The translations under genes were made by a program, and so were the position numbers. A model generated the notes under the pieces. That model did no database searches. It was not told the DNA's origin and saw only the letters and a list, made by a program, of their open reading frames with translations. A stretch of 64,000 nucleotides of DNA from the human T2T-CHM13v2.0 reference genome, Homo sapiens, in assembly GCF_009914755.1 (NCBI RefSeq), contig NC_060928.1, one strand, 5' to 3'. Positions 44,249-56,181 of the stretch are shown here, piece by piece. Numbering within the stretch: the first letter of the stretch is position 1; every line of letters starts with the position of its first letter.

Positions 44249-45500
44249 CATCTTGAATTAATTTTTGTATATGGTGAAAGGTAGGGGTTTAGTTTCATTC
44301 TTCTGCATATGGCTAGCCTGCTATCCCACACTATTTATTGAATAGGGAGTCATTTTCCATTGCCAATTTTTGTCAACTTTTTCAAAGATCAGATGGCTGT
44401 AGGTGTATAGCTTTATTTCTGGGTTCTCTGTTTTGTTCCATCAGTCTACATGTCTGTTTTTGTACCAGTACCATGCTATTTTGGTTACTGTACCCTTATA
44501 GTATATCTTGAAGTCGGGTAGCATGATGACCTCGGCTTTGTTCTTTTTGTTTAGGATTGCTTTGACTATTTGGGCTTTTTCTTTCATATGAATTTTAGAA
44601 TAGTTTTTTCTAGTTCTGTAAAAAATAACATTGGTAGTTTGATAGGAATAGCCTTGAATCTGTAGATCGCTTTGGGCAGTATGGCCATTTTAACAGTATT
44701 GATTCTTCCAAATCCATGAGCATGGAATATTTGTCCATTTGTTTTTGTCACCTGTGATTTCTTTTAGCAGTGTTTTGTAGTTTTCCTCATAGAGATCTTT
44801 CACCTGTTTGGTTAAATGTATTCCTAGGTATTTCATGTTTAGTGACAATTGTAAACAGAATTGCATTATTGATTTAGTTCTCAGCTTAAATATTATTGTT
44901 GTCTAGAAATGCTACTGGTTTTGTACATTTATTTTTGTACCCTAAAACTTTACTAAAGTCATTTATCAGTTCCAGGAGCCTTTTGGCAGGATCTTTAGGG
45001 TTTTCTAGGTATAGAATTATGTCATCCATGTAGAAAGATAGTTTGACTTCTTCTTTTCCTATTTGGATGGCTTTTATTTCTTTATCTTGCCAATTTCTCT
45101 GGCTAGCACTTCCAATACTCTGTTGAATTGGAGTGGTGAGAGTGGACATCCTTGTCTTGTTACAGTTCTCAAGGGGAATGCTTTCAGTTTTTGCCTGTTC
45201 AGTATGATGTTGGCTGTGGTTTCTTCAGAGATGGCTCTTATTATTTTGAATTACGTTCCTTTGATGCCTAGTTTCTTGAGGGTTTTTATCACAAAGGGAT
45301 GTTGGATTTTATTGAAAGATTTCCATGTCTGTTGAGATGATCATATAGCTTTTAATCCTGTTTATGTAGTGAATTACATTTATTGATTTGCATATGTTGA
45401 ACCAACCTTGCATCCTAGAAGTGAAGCCTACTTGATTGTGGTAACTTTTTGATGTGCTGTTGGATTCAGTTTGCTAGTATTTTGTTGAGGATTTTTGTGA

Positions 45501-46130
45501 CACTATTGCTGGGAATGTAAATAAGTTCTGCCACTGTGGAAAGCAGTTTTGAGATTTATCAAATAACTTAAAACAAAACCACCATTTGACCCAGCAGTCA
45601 CATTAACGGGGATATAGCTAAAAGAAAAAAAATCATTCTACCAAAAAGACACATGTACTTGCATGTTCATTGCAGCATCATTCACAATAGCAAAGACATG
45701 GAATCAGCCTATGTGCCCATCAAGAGTGGACTGTATACAGAAACTATGGTACATACACACCATGGAAAACTATGCAGCCATAAAAAAGAATAAAATCATA
45801 TCCTTTGCCACAACATGGATGCACCTGGAGGCCCTCATCCTAAGTGAATTAATGCAAGAACAGAAAACCAAATACCGCATGAGAGCTATTTGGTGATCAT
45901 AAGTGAGAGCTAAATGCTGGGTGATCATGGACACAAAAATGGAAACAATAGACACTGGGGACAGCTAGAGTGGGCAGGGAGGCCGAGGGGCAAGGGTTGA
46001 AAAATTACTTATTGGGTATACTATGCTCAGTACCTGGGTGATGGGATCATTCATATTCCAAACCTCAGCATCACACAATATACTCAGGTAACCAACCTGC
46101 ACATGTACCTGAATCTAAAATAAAAGTTGA
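45501..46130 (+). mobile_element. L1 non-inverted 3' portion (ORF2 end and 3' UTR)
   Basis: MFIAASFTIAKTWNQPMCPS...WYIHTMENYAAIKKN ORF2 C-terminus; 3' UTR ending gtacctgaatctaaaataaaag. Confidence 0.93.
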
Positions 46131-46373
46131 AAAAGTAGAATCGCATATCGAAATTTTTCAAAACACACTTTAAATTTTTCCAACAACTGAATTAAGTACC
46201 AAAAGAACCATTTTTCCTCGATATTCACGGAGGGTGGGCACATAGTGAGTCTTCAGGCCCAAAGGAATATGTAATAAGTGGGGAAGCCTCACATAACCAA
46301 GGCCTGTCACAGTCCTCCTTTCTGTCCCACCTCATTTGTGAGGGGCATCCTTTGCTGACATTATCAGTGGAGT

Positions 46374-46962
46374 TCTTACTGCGAAGTGGGGGTTCTCTGT
46401 TTTTGTCCTCTTGGAGGAATGAATTCAGCCAAGAGACACATGCGGCAAGAGTTACACAGTAGCAGAGTTTATTTAAAGGGACAGTACTCTCTGAAAGCTG
46501 GGTCAGAGCAGTCTGCTCAAGAGCATGAGACAGCTCCAATGGGCATGAAGGAGGCTTTCTTTATGGGGGTCTTACATGATTATTCATGAAAGGGGTGTGA
46601 ACGGGTGTTACTAGTAAGCATGTTTAGAGTGGTCTTCTGGGTGTGCGTGCTCTGTGGTGTACATACTAGTATATACCCCATGTGTCTCATGAGTATATTA
46701 AATCTCCACCCAGGGGCATGTTTTTTACTATTATAATGAGGAAAGGTTACTTTAGGGGCAAGCCAAATCAAATTGCACATGCTTGCTACTAGGGAAAGTC
46801 CCTACTAAACTCTCTCCTGTTAGGGTCAGATAAGTCCTGGTTAGGGCCAGATTAAGCCTAACAGTAAGTCCAGATGCGGCTGTTGTGTTTTTGGCTGTTA
46901 GTGGAGCAAGGTTTCCAGGGCTGCCTTTCCTGCTTATGTCTATCTATCTGCCTACTCTAACA
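46374..46962 (-). mobile_element. ERV1-class solo LTR (MER73/MER50-group-like; subfamily uncertain)
   Basis: Minus-strand start tgttagagtaggcagatagatagacataagcagg, 4-bp TSD GAGT on both sides. Confidence 0.75.
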
Positions 46963-47789
46963 GAGTGACTGGCATCATATATCCCTGAATTATTTGTGCT
47001 TCATAAACTAATACTATTTTTTTTTTGTCAATTTAAGCTGAGCTTTCTGCTACCTGCTATCAAGAATGCTAATTATTACAGCAAACAAGATCTTATTTAA
47101 TTCTCACATCAGGAATCACTTTTTCTGTTCCACAGATAAGAAAACCAAGGCTCAAAGAGTTTAAGTTTCCAAGTTCACCTAGCCAGGAAGGGGCAACAGT
47201 AGGATTCACCTCCATTTCCTTCTGACTCCACCAGGAGTGGGCATTTCTACCCATCCCCACTGCCTCCTAAGCATAGGGGATGTAAGAACCGAGCAAAGGG
47301 AGAGGTGAGAAAATAGCAAATCCAGGTGGTGAATGACAACACCAAAAACACTCAACATCAGTAACAGGGAGTTTTTTTTATTTCCTGTATGTTAAAAAGT
47401 AGAACTTAATTATGTTCAAGTATATGGGGTATAAATAACTAAAAAAGGTAGCTGAAGAAAGGCTCTTAAGAGAAGTGCTTTAATGAGTGGGGAAGGATAA
47501 TTAGAAATTATCGTGCCAATTGTATGTAAATAGAGGCTCTTAAAGTATTTATGAGTGTTGGAAACAGTGTAATGTTTTGCATGATTTTATCATTCTCCCT
47601 GGATTTGTTCTTTACCCAACTAGTGGTTTTGTGGTCACCAATGGTCCTTTGTGTTTACACTGGGGCTCAGTGGGTTTTTTCCCCTCACTCAGTGAGTCAT
47701 TTTGGTATATACCAAACATTGGAATGAAGTGGAATAACTCTTGGGGAAAAAAAACACATTTATTTCAAAGTATGGCAGAGCAGGCATGG

Positions 47790-47957
47790 AGATATTAGCA
47801 TCTTCTCTAGCAGAGGCTGTGGCTGGGGGCATTCTTATAGACTAGATATTAGCATCTTCTCTAGCAGAGGCTGTGGTGGGGGATCATTCTTATAGACTAG
47901 ATATTAGCATCTTCTCTAGCAGAGGCTGTGGTGGGGGGGTGGGCATTCATATAGACT
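47790..47957 (+). repeat. Minisatellite, left block (3 units of 54-59 bp)
   Basis: Unit agatattagcatcttctctagcagaggctgtgg(G-run)cattcttatagact. Confidence 0.95.
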
Positions 47958-47959
47958 GG

Positions 47960-48312
47960 TGATATAGTTTGGCTATGTCCCTACCCAAATCTCAACTTGA
48001 ATTGTATCTCCCAGAATTCCCATGTGTTATGGGAGGGACACAGGGGGAGGTAATTGAATAATGAGGGCCATCTTTCCTGTGCCATTCTTATGGTAGTGAA
48101 TACGTCTCATGAGATCTGCTGGGTTTATCAGGGGTTTCCGCTTTTGCTTCTTCCTCGTTCTCTCTTGCTGCTGTGATGTAAGAAGAGCCCTTCACCTCCT
48201 GCCATGATTCTGAGGCCTCCCCAGCCATGTGGAACTGTAAGTCCAATTAAGCCTCTTTTTCTTCCCAGTCTCGGGTATGTCTTTATCAGCAGCATGAAAA
48301 CGGACTAATACA
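47960..48312 (+). mobile_element. THE1A-like solo LTR inserted in the minisatellite
   Basis: tgatatagtttggctatgtccc...cggactaataca, TSD actgg/actag. Confidence 0.93.
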
Positions 48313-48315
48313 ACT

Positions 48316-48414
48316 AGATATTAGCATCTTCTCTAGCAGAGGCTGGGAGGCCATTCTTACAGACTAGATATTAACATCTTCTCTAGCAGAGGCTGGGAGG
48401 CCATTCTTATAGAG
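48316..48414 (+). repeat. Minisatellite, right block (2 units of about 50 bp)
   Basis: Unit agatatta(g/a)catcttctctagcagaggctgggaggccattctta(c/t)aga. Confidence 0.95.
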
Positions 48415-49177
48415 TATCTCACTAGTTCTCATACCCTTCTCCCACATGAGGGAACTGAGGCTCAGAGAGGTCAAGTAACTTGTCCAGGTCATGCAGTGCA
48501 TCAGGGCAGATCTGGGATTCATTATCCTTCATGGGCCCAGACACCTGTGTTAGGAAGCCTGATGGTTGCGTTCTTTCATTTCTGTCTTGTTTTCCTTTCA
48601 ATCTCCCTTTGGTGCTTTGTTATATTGGTCTAGTTCCTCTGGGCCTCATCACCTCAGGTCCTCATAGGAGGACACTTAATGACATAACGGGAGGTCTCAG
48701 ATATGTTTCCAGTGGGGGGATCTGGGACCCTTGGCATGTTGGAAATCCTCCTGACAGGAAGTTGGAAGAACACTCAGCTCCCAGTTTTGCTTAACACTCT
48801 GTGAGCAAGGTATTCCAGCAGCAATGAGTGAGCCTAAGCACCTACTAAGGTTTTTATGAAAAAAACCTTTTGGAACCATATGGTACTTTGGAGCTTACAG
48901 TCCCTGCTCCCAGACTTGCAGTTGGGTGAACTTGAGTGCATGCTTTTAATCTATCCAAGAATCAGTTTCCTCATCTATAAAGTGATCAAAATAGTCTTAA
49001 CCTCTTAGGGGTTGTTGTTAGGTGAATTCTAGGTATCACTTAGATATTTTTTTCCTAATCACCCCTCCCATGAAATGCATATGGATATATGTGCTTTAGA
49101 TATAAAACAGTATGACTTTTTTCCCACCCCAAAACCAGCTTTCACATGGGAAATGCATGAGCTACCTTGCATCTTGT

Positions 49178-49480
49178 ATTTTATTTCGTTTATTTATTTA
49201 TTGGAGACAGGGTCTCATTCTGTTGTCCAGGCTGAAGTGCAGTGGTGTGATCATGGCTCACTGCAGCTTCCAACTCCTGGGCCCAAGTGATCTTCCCGCC
49301 TAAGCTTCCTAAGTAGCTGGGAGTAGAGGTGCACACCACCATGCTCAGCTAATTTTTTCTTATTTTGTAGAGATGAGCTCTCACTATGTTGCCTAGGCTG
49401 GACTTGAACTCCTGGACTCAAGCAATCCTCTCGCCTCAGCCTTTCAAAGTGCTGGGATTGCAGGTGTGAGCCACCAAGCC
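49178..49480 (-). mobile_element. AluJ
   Basis: Reverse Alu dimer. Confidence 0.9.
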
Positions 49481-50037
49481 TAATGTTTCTACATCAGCCA
49501 CTGAATCAAAGTTCCAGATACATCTGTTTCCAAAACCGACAATCAGTGCTAAGAACCTACTGCAGAGCTTCATTTTCCCCTCAAGTCATCTTCAGGTGTC
49601 CCAGAAACACATGGCAGACTTGAAGCCACATCCTCATGCCTGTTGAATGTGACACACACTGTACCTTTTTATAAAGTTACAGACCCTGCCCATTCTGGGT
49701 TAAGATTTCATTTGCCTGACATTCTTCCTGGTTTCGTTTAACTGCCTAGTCTCTCCACAGGCAATCCCAGGACTCAAGGATGTTTTTTCCCCACTGGCAT
49801 GCTGGGAATATGGGGCATAAACGGATGTCTTCTTGCTGCTCTGTCCAGTGCAGTTCACAGGACCACTGGTCTGTGGGAGGGGGGATCAGTCATTAACTTT
49901 TAGCTTTTCATTGTTGTTGATAAATAGTCATAGCTCACGCATGTACGATTAAACAATTAGATATGAATAATGTTACTGAATCATAGGAATATGTTTCCTC
50001 AAACCTCAAATTGGGAAAAACCACTGTTGTGTAGGAT

Positions 50038-50940
50038 TCATTCAGCAGATATTTATTGAGGACCTAATATGTGCCAGGCTTTATTCTGGGCCCCAGGGGT
50101 GCAGCAGTGAATGATGCAGCCAATGTTCTTTTGGAAAATCAAAAAAATTTGTTTTTATTTTCTCGAGATAGGGTCTTGCTCTGTCATCCAGGCTGGAGTG
50201 CAGTGGTGCCATTATAGTTCACTGAAGTCCTGAACTTCTGGGTTCAAGCGACCCTCCTGCTTCAGCCTCCTGAGTAGCCAGGACTACAGGTGCACACCAC
50301 CATGCCCAGCTAATTTTTCTATCTTTTTGTAGAGATGGGGTTATGCTTTGTTGCCCAGGCTGGTCTCAAAATCCTGGCCTCAAGTCATCCTCCCATCTTG
50401 GCCTCCCAAAGTGGTGGGATTACAGGCATGAGCCACTTTGCCTGACACCAATGTTCTAAAAGATTCCCTTCCAGTGTAGGAGATGACATTAAACAAGTAA
50501 ATACATGGGGAGGAGTGTCATGAAGGAGATGCCACAGGATGAGGGTTTAGAGAGGAGGCAGAGAGTGCTGTCTTTGAGGAGTGGAGGTGGCACATCACGG
50601 GAAGGTTGGGAAGGTCACCCTGCAGAGAGGAAACAGAAGGCAGAAAGGCCCTGGGGCAGGAAAGGGCTTGGTGTGTTCAAGGAGCAGAAAGGAGGCTGAG
50701 GTGGCCAGAGAGAGAGAGATCTAAGAGGAAATTGACAGGCTGGATATCAGAGAAGGCAGCAGGGGCCTCACAGGGCATGGTAAGAAGTTCGAGTTTCATT
50801 TTCACTGCAATGGAAAGCCACTGAAAGGCAAGATTGGCTACGCTGTTTCCAAAGGACATGCTGGCATAGAAGACAGACTCTAGCAAGCAAGACAGGGAGC
50901 AAGAAGGTGAGGCTACAGAAGGGACCTGATAAGATGTGAT
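50038..50940 (-). mobile_element. L2 3' fragment (interrupted by AluJ)
   Basis: attcattcagcagatatttattgaggacctaatatgtgccagg; ggtgtgttcaaggagcagaaaggaggctgaggtggc. Confidence 0.7.
50147..50446 (-). mobile_element. AluJ
   Basis: Reverse Alu dimer; ccaatgttct on both sides. Confidence 0.9.
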
Positions 50941-52718
50941 GGGGGCTTGGACTTGCCATGGTGCTAGGAGTTTTGTGAGCTAGAATCTGTATACTAAATA
51001 GTTTCAAAAAGTATTCAGTCTCAACATCATAGTATATTCACCAGTTTTGAAGGCACCTACAATATAGACAAGTAGATACGATGCACAAACATTAAACATG
51101 CAAGACAGTAATCACAGAAGGGAATGCATTCAGACCAAAAGCATGGTAGAGATAGTGAAATACAGGTTAAATATTTATCAGGTGCTGACTCTGGACAGAT
51201 CCTGAGTTAATCACTTTATGTCATTTCATTTAAACTTCACCCCAATCCTCCAGAATATGTACTGATATTGTCCCCAAGTGAGCATCTGCAGTAAATGACG
51301 TCCAGCTAGTAAGTAGCAGACCCAGGATTTGATCCCAGGCCTATGGGACTCATAAGTTCAGCTGGTCAGCTGTAGCCTCCTTCATATGAGGATTCACTCC
51401 AAGGTCCCTTTCAGTACTAGGCTCTGTGAGTCTAGGGTATTATTTAAGCTATCACAGTGGGCTGAGGTTCCTGGCACTATAGAGAGGCCACTGGACACCC
51501 CTAAAAGAAGTACTGTGTTTTCTATACGTGTGACTCCCACTGACCAGCACAGTCTGGCTCCTGGTAAGTCCTCAGTGATGTGTGTTCAATGAAGGACTGA
51601 ATGAATGAATGAATGAGCTCAAGCCGTTCATTCTTTTCCAAACTAGGAGATGTTTTGCCTCTTTGCAACACATTGCTCAGGCAAAGAATTAGCAGGGAAC
51701 TTGCCTGGAGGTGTGCAGTGGATGAGTGGACAATTTTTATTCATTTATTCAGACATGAGAGTGATAAATATTTAACAAATGCATACCACGTATAAATTAG
51801 GATTGATTTGAGGTGTTCTTCGGTATCCAAATGACAGAAAGCCAAGCTGGAAACAACAGCAGCCACAGCAACAACTGAATGTGGTATTTAAAATATTAGC
51901 TTTAAGAGCGCCAGCTAGAATGCTTAGCACCTGGATAAACTTCACCTGCCAAGACTAAACTGCGTTAGCTGCAAAATATTGCTAATCACGCCTCTTTCAT
52001 TAGGTCGTGAGAACTAAATGAAAAGCGTATGCAAACTCGCTCTCTTAACATAGATTCTGTGTCATTAAATTACATGATTAGATTGTTATTATTAGTCTTT
52101 TATCATTTGGTGTGAAAGGAATCTGGCTCCTCATTTTTTTGCCTTCTCTTTCTCTTTCCCTGCCCCCAGAATGGAGAAAAAGGAAAGTAATGTCGCCGCC
52201 GTGGGGCTGTGCCATTAATTAGATTGTAAAAACCATTGCAAAAGCGTGAGCTATTATTTTAGAAAATATCCTTTCCCACTTAATTTATCTGAATCAAGCC
52301 TGCTTCATTTAACGAAGACACTCAAGTAATAGCATAAGACATTTTATAGCTTTAATAAATATCACCAAAGTAATGCTCACCAAAGTAAAGCGATTATGCC
52401 TAAATGTTGAAAAAGGTCATTTGTCAGAGCCCAGCGTGATTACCTGTTGAATGCATGGATTGGATTAAACACCATTATCAAACTTTTACACAAAGTAATT
52501 GTAATGTCATTTACTACAAAATAGTATGGCTTGTAATTCTTCAGAGTGCGTGAAATCACAGCCATTATTTCCTTGGCCATATGACTTTACTGGGAACTCT
52601 CCTGTTAAAGAGGTGCACTGGGGAATGAATGAACAGGAAAGGTGAGTGCACATGCACAGTCGGTCAGCTGGAGAGATAACAACGTTGGATGTTTTCTCCT
52701 ACTATTTGAAGTGGGAAG

Positions 52719-53224
52719 TATGTTCGTTTTTTTTTTTTAATTGCTGCTATAAGAAATTACCACAAATTTACTGGCTCAAACCAACATAAATGTATTCTCT
52801 TATAGTTCTGGAGGCCAGGAGCCTGCAACCAGTGTCACTGGGTTAAGGTGTCAGCAGGGCTGTGTCCCTTTCTAGAGGTTCTAGAGGAGCTTCCAAGTCC
52901 TTACCTTTCTCAGCTTCTAGAGACCCCCCACATTCCTGGGCTTCTGGCCCCATTCTCCATCTTCTGAGCGCCTCGCTCAACCTGCGCTTCTGAGTCACCT
53001 GTCCTTTTCAATCTCTGGCCCTCCTACCTCCCTCTTGTAAGGCCCCTTGTGATTCCATTGGACCCACCCAGATAACCAGGATAATCCCCCCCCACCAAGC
53101 CCATCTCAAAATCCTTCACTTAATCCCATCAGGAAAGTCCCTTTTGCCAATAAGAAAATACATTCACAGGTTCCATGGACAAGGACATGGCCATCTTCAG
53201 GGAGCCATTACCCTGTCTGCCACA
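52719..53224 (-). mobile_element. MLT1 (D-like) solo LTR
   Basis: ttgctgctataagaaattaccacaaattt...tagttctggaggccagg...cattcacaggttcc...ctgccaca. Confidence 0.8.
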
Positions 53225-53664
53225 GAAAGGGAAACACAAAACAGAGAGAAACACTGCCAAGTCTTCTGGGAGAGAAGGAGCATGCCATCCCACCATCCAG
53301 AGCAGCCTTTTCAGAATGTGTTCTTGGGAGAGGCTCTAGGTCCTGGGCAGGCTGTCCTCAGTCCACCACTTGCCCTTCCTTTGCCCTGTCTCCTCAAGGC
53401 AGTTCCTCAGGAAGCTGCTGGCTGGGTTCAGCCGACGAGACGGACTGGGGTGGGACAAGAGGGTGAGGAGGGGAGGGGCTGGAGTATTGCTCTTCCCTCT
53501 CTGCCTCAGATAGCGTACCCTCGTACCCTCGGCTCCTGCTACTTCCCACAGAAGCCCACCAAGGTTCCAGCTTCCTGTAGGGATCCTCAGGCACCTCCCT
53601 AGGGTGCTCATGGCTTCCTGGGGCTGCTAATCTCTGGGTTACTTCTCTGTCTCCTTTTGCCTTC

Positions 53665-54064
53665 TGTGAAAGGAAAATAGATCTTGGGGCCTCAAAAAGT
53701 CCAAAAAGTCAAGCTGGGAACTGCCTAAGGCAAATCTGCGTCTGTTCTTTTCTGTCATCCCTCTGCTCACTGAGATAAACTCAAAAGAATGCAACCTTGT
53801 ATCTCTTATCTACCTGTGACCTGGAAGCCCCCTTTCCACTTTGAGCTGTCCCACCTTTCCTGACTGAACAAATATGTACATCTTACATGTATCGACTGAT
53901 GTCTCATGTCTCCCTAAAATGTATAAAGCCAAGCTGTGCCCCAACCACCTTTGCCATATGTTGTCAGGACCTCCCGAGGCTGTATCAAGGGTGTGTGTCC
54001 TTAACCTTGGCAAAATAAACTTTCTAAATTAACTGAGACCTGTCTCAGATTTTCCGGGTTCACC
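53665..54064 (+). mobile_element. MER4A-like ERV1 solo LTR, nested in an older ERVL-type (LTR33-like) LTR at about 53300-54170
   Basis: tgtgaaaggaaaatagatcttgggg...aaagtcaagctgggaactg...aactgagacctgtctcaga, 4-bp TSD CTTC. Confidence 0.85.
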
Positions 54065-54600
54065 CTTCTCAGTTCCTCTATCACTGGTATAATAAATTCC
54101 TGCATTCAACTCCTTCCCTATAAATACCTGAAGTGGTTTCTATTTTCCTAGTTGGACCCTCATGGACTATGTGGGTGACAAATTATTTTAAGTAGACTTT
54201 AGAGAGAAATAGACACATTTCAATAACACTATCACTAAAATTAGTTCTGAAATTTTTTTCTCTTTGGGAATTATCTTAAAACCAAGTTTTCAAGCCAGAA
54301 GAGAAAACCAATGTATTAACTTTATAGAAAAGCCATATTTTTATTTATAGAAGAAAAATTTTCTATGTTCTCTATATTCTCTTTATAGAAGAGCAATATT
54401 TTTCTATACCCCAAAATATAGAAACATGGTGGCTTAAAATGACAGAAATTTACTCTGTCAGTCTGGAGGCCAAAAGTCCAAAATCAAGGTGTCCACAAGG
54501 CCGTGATCCCTCTGAAGGCTCTGAGAGAGAACCCTTCGCTGCCTCTTCGGGCTTCTGGTGGTTCCAAACATTCCTTGGCTTGTGGCTGCATCACTCCAAT

Positions 54601-55178
54601 TGATATAGGCGTTAAGAAGAAATCACTTAGGCAGATAGTAAGGGTATGGGAGTCCTCAGTAAGGCTTTTCTTTTTAGTGAAAAGCAGCCCCAAATCATTT
54701 TCTAACAAAGAGCAGCCTGTAAAGTCGAACTGCAGACATAAGCAAGCAAGTTGGGATCCTGCGCAGGTGAATGCCAGCAGGAACTAGGAACTAGACATCT
54801 TCAAGATGGCGACTCCATCTTCCCTTCCCTGCCAGCCACGTGTATGGTAGGGAGCAGACAAGATGGCACTGATGAACTGGAAAGCCTATTTGCATAATAA
54901 GATTAGGGTGGGGCGATCAGCCTTCCCCTCGAGCTAAACGTCATGCCTGATCAAACCAATCTGTGAACCCTATGTAAATCAAACACTGCCTCTTCAAACC
55001 TAACTATAAAATCTGGTGCATTCACCGCCTAGCCACTCTTTTTCTGCTCCGACACCACTTTCTCTCCTGCCTATTAAATCTCTGCTCCAAAACTCCTTGT
55101 GTGTGTCTGTGTCCTAAATTTTCCTGGTGTGCAACGATGAACCCCAGGGTATATACCCCAGACAATATAGCTGCTTCA
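54601..55178 (+). mobile_element. ERV1 solo LTR (MER83/84-group-like)
   Basis: tgatataggcgttaagaagaaatcacttaggcagatag...gctgcttca, TATA-like ctataaaa, attaaa, imperfect TSD caat/cagt. Confidence 0.8.
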
Positions 55179-55358
55179 CAGTCTCTGCTTCTGTCTTCAT
55201 ACGACCTTTTCCTCTTTGCTGTCTCAAATCTCCCTCTGCCTTTCTCTTGTAAAGACCCTCGTCATTGGATTTAAGGCCCACCAGGCTAACCCAGGATGAT
55301 CTCTTCTCAGTATCTTTAACTTAAGTACATCTGCAAAGACTCTTTTTCCAAATAAGGT

Positions 55359-56024
55359 TGTTCCTGGACCAAACCGAGGGTCGGCCTGCTTATTCTTGTG
55401 GCCCAATAATGAGATGCAGATTAGCTGGGAAAGGAGGGAGTTTTTATTTCTGTAACCGGTTACAGGGGGAAGGCCTGGAAAATATCACCAGACCAACTCA
55501 AAATTACAAAGTTTTCTGGAGCTTATATACCTTCTAAGCTATATGTCTAGGTGTAAGTGTGCATTCATCTAAAGACATAAGTGATGAACTTCTTCTAATC
55601 TATAACTAAGATCTGAGTCCTGAAGACCTTCCTCTGGAGCCTCAGTAAATTTACTTAATCTAAATGGGTCCAGATGCTGGGGTGATTCCCTTATCTTGTC
55701 TCCTGCTAAATCATGGAGGTTTGGGGAGTTCCTTCAGACCCCCAATAAACTTATTCGTGGAGGCCAAGGGAGTTTCTTCAGACCCCCAATAAAACTTGTT
55801 TAATTCTAAACAGATTAAGAATTCCTGTTAAGAATTCCTTTATTATCTTGTCATGCTTCAAGGCCCAGGAAAGCCCTGGGCAAAACTCTTGGTGGGCTTT
55901 TGTTACCTTCCTGCCTTTGTATAAGGGCACTGGCTCTCTCAGCTTTAATATTTAACTTAACCACTCAGTCAGTGCTGAAACAGTTGTTATGGAGGTCTGC
56001 GTTAGTGAGACCTAGCCTGCCACA
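55359..56024 (-). mobile_element. ERV1 solo LTR, PABL-like (666 bp)
   Basis: Minus-strand start tgtggcaggctaggtctcactaacgcagacctccataacaactgtttcag, end ggtccaggaaca, TSD aaggt/aagct. Subfamily from memory of the consensus. Confidence 0.75.
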
Positions 56025-56147
56025 AAGCTACATTCACAGATTCCACAGATGAAGACATAGATATATCTTTTTTGGGTGAGGGGAGGGGGCATCATTCAAC
56101 CCACTATAATCAATTGGGAAAATTCTGTCTCTCTCTCTCTTTTGCAT

Positions 56148-56181
<34 letters not shown>

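Larger units (their letters stand above)
43201..45500 (-). mobile_element. L1 (old L1PA/L1PB-like) inverted 5' portion, decayed ORF2
   Basis: ORF fragments [32 protein letters not shown] and [26 protein letters not shown] (RT, degenerate FADD) are L1 ORF2. Confidence 0.93.
54424..56108 (-). mobile_element. MLT1 solo LTR split into three pieces by two ERV1 LTRs
   Basis: MLT1 segments 54424-54600, 55183-55358 and 56030-56108 are colinear. Confidence 0.8.

Noticed and set aside
43740-45896. Reverse-transcriptase-like ORF fragments
   Set aside because: Decayed L1 ORF2 with stops, frameshifts, nested insertions and a mutated FADD motif; not an active or novel RT system.
47790-48414. CRISPR-like repeat/variable-middle appearance
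   Set aside because: Eukaryotic context, the variable parts are short related G-runs rather than unique spacers, and there are no cas genes. It is a minisatellite.
55720-55800. Tandem ggggagtt(c/t)cttcagacccccaataaa duplication
   Set aside because: Internal to the PABL-like LTR and probably part of the element's own structure.
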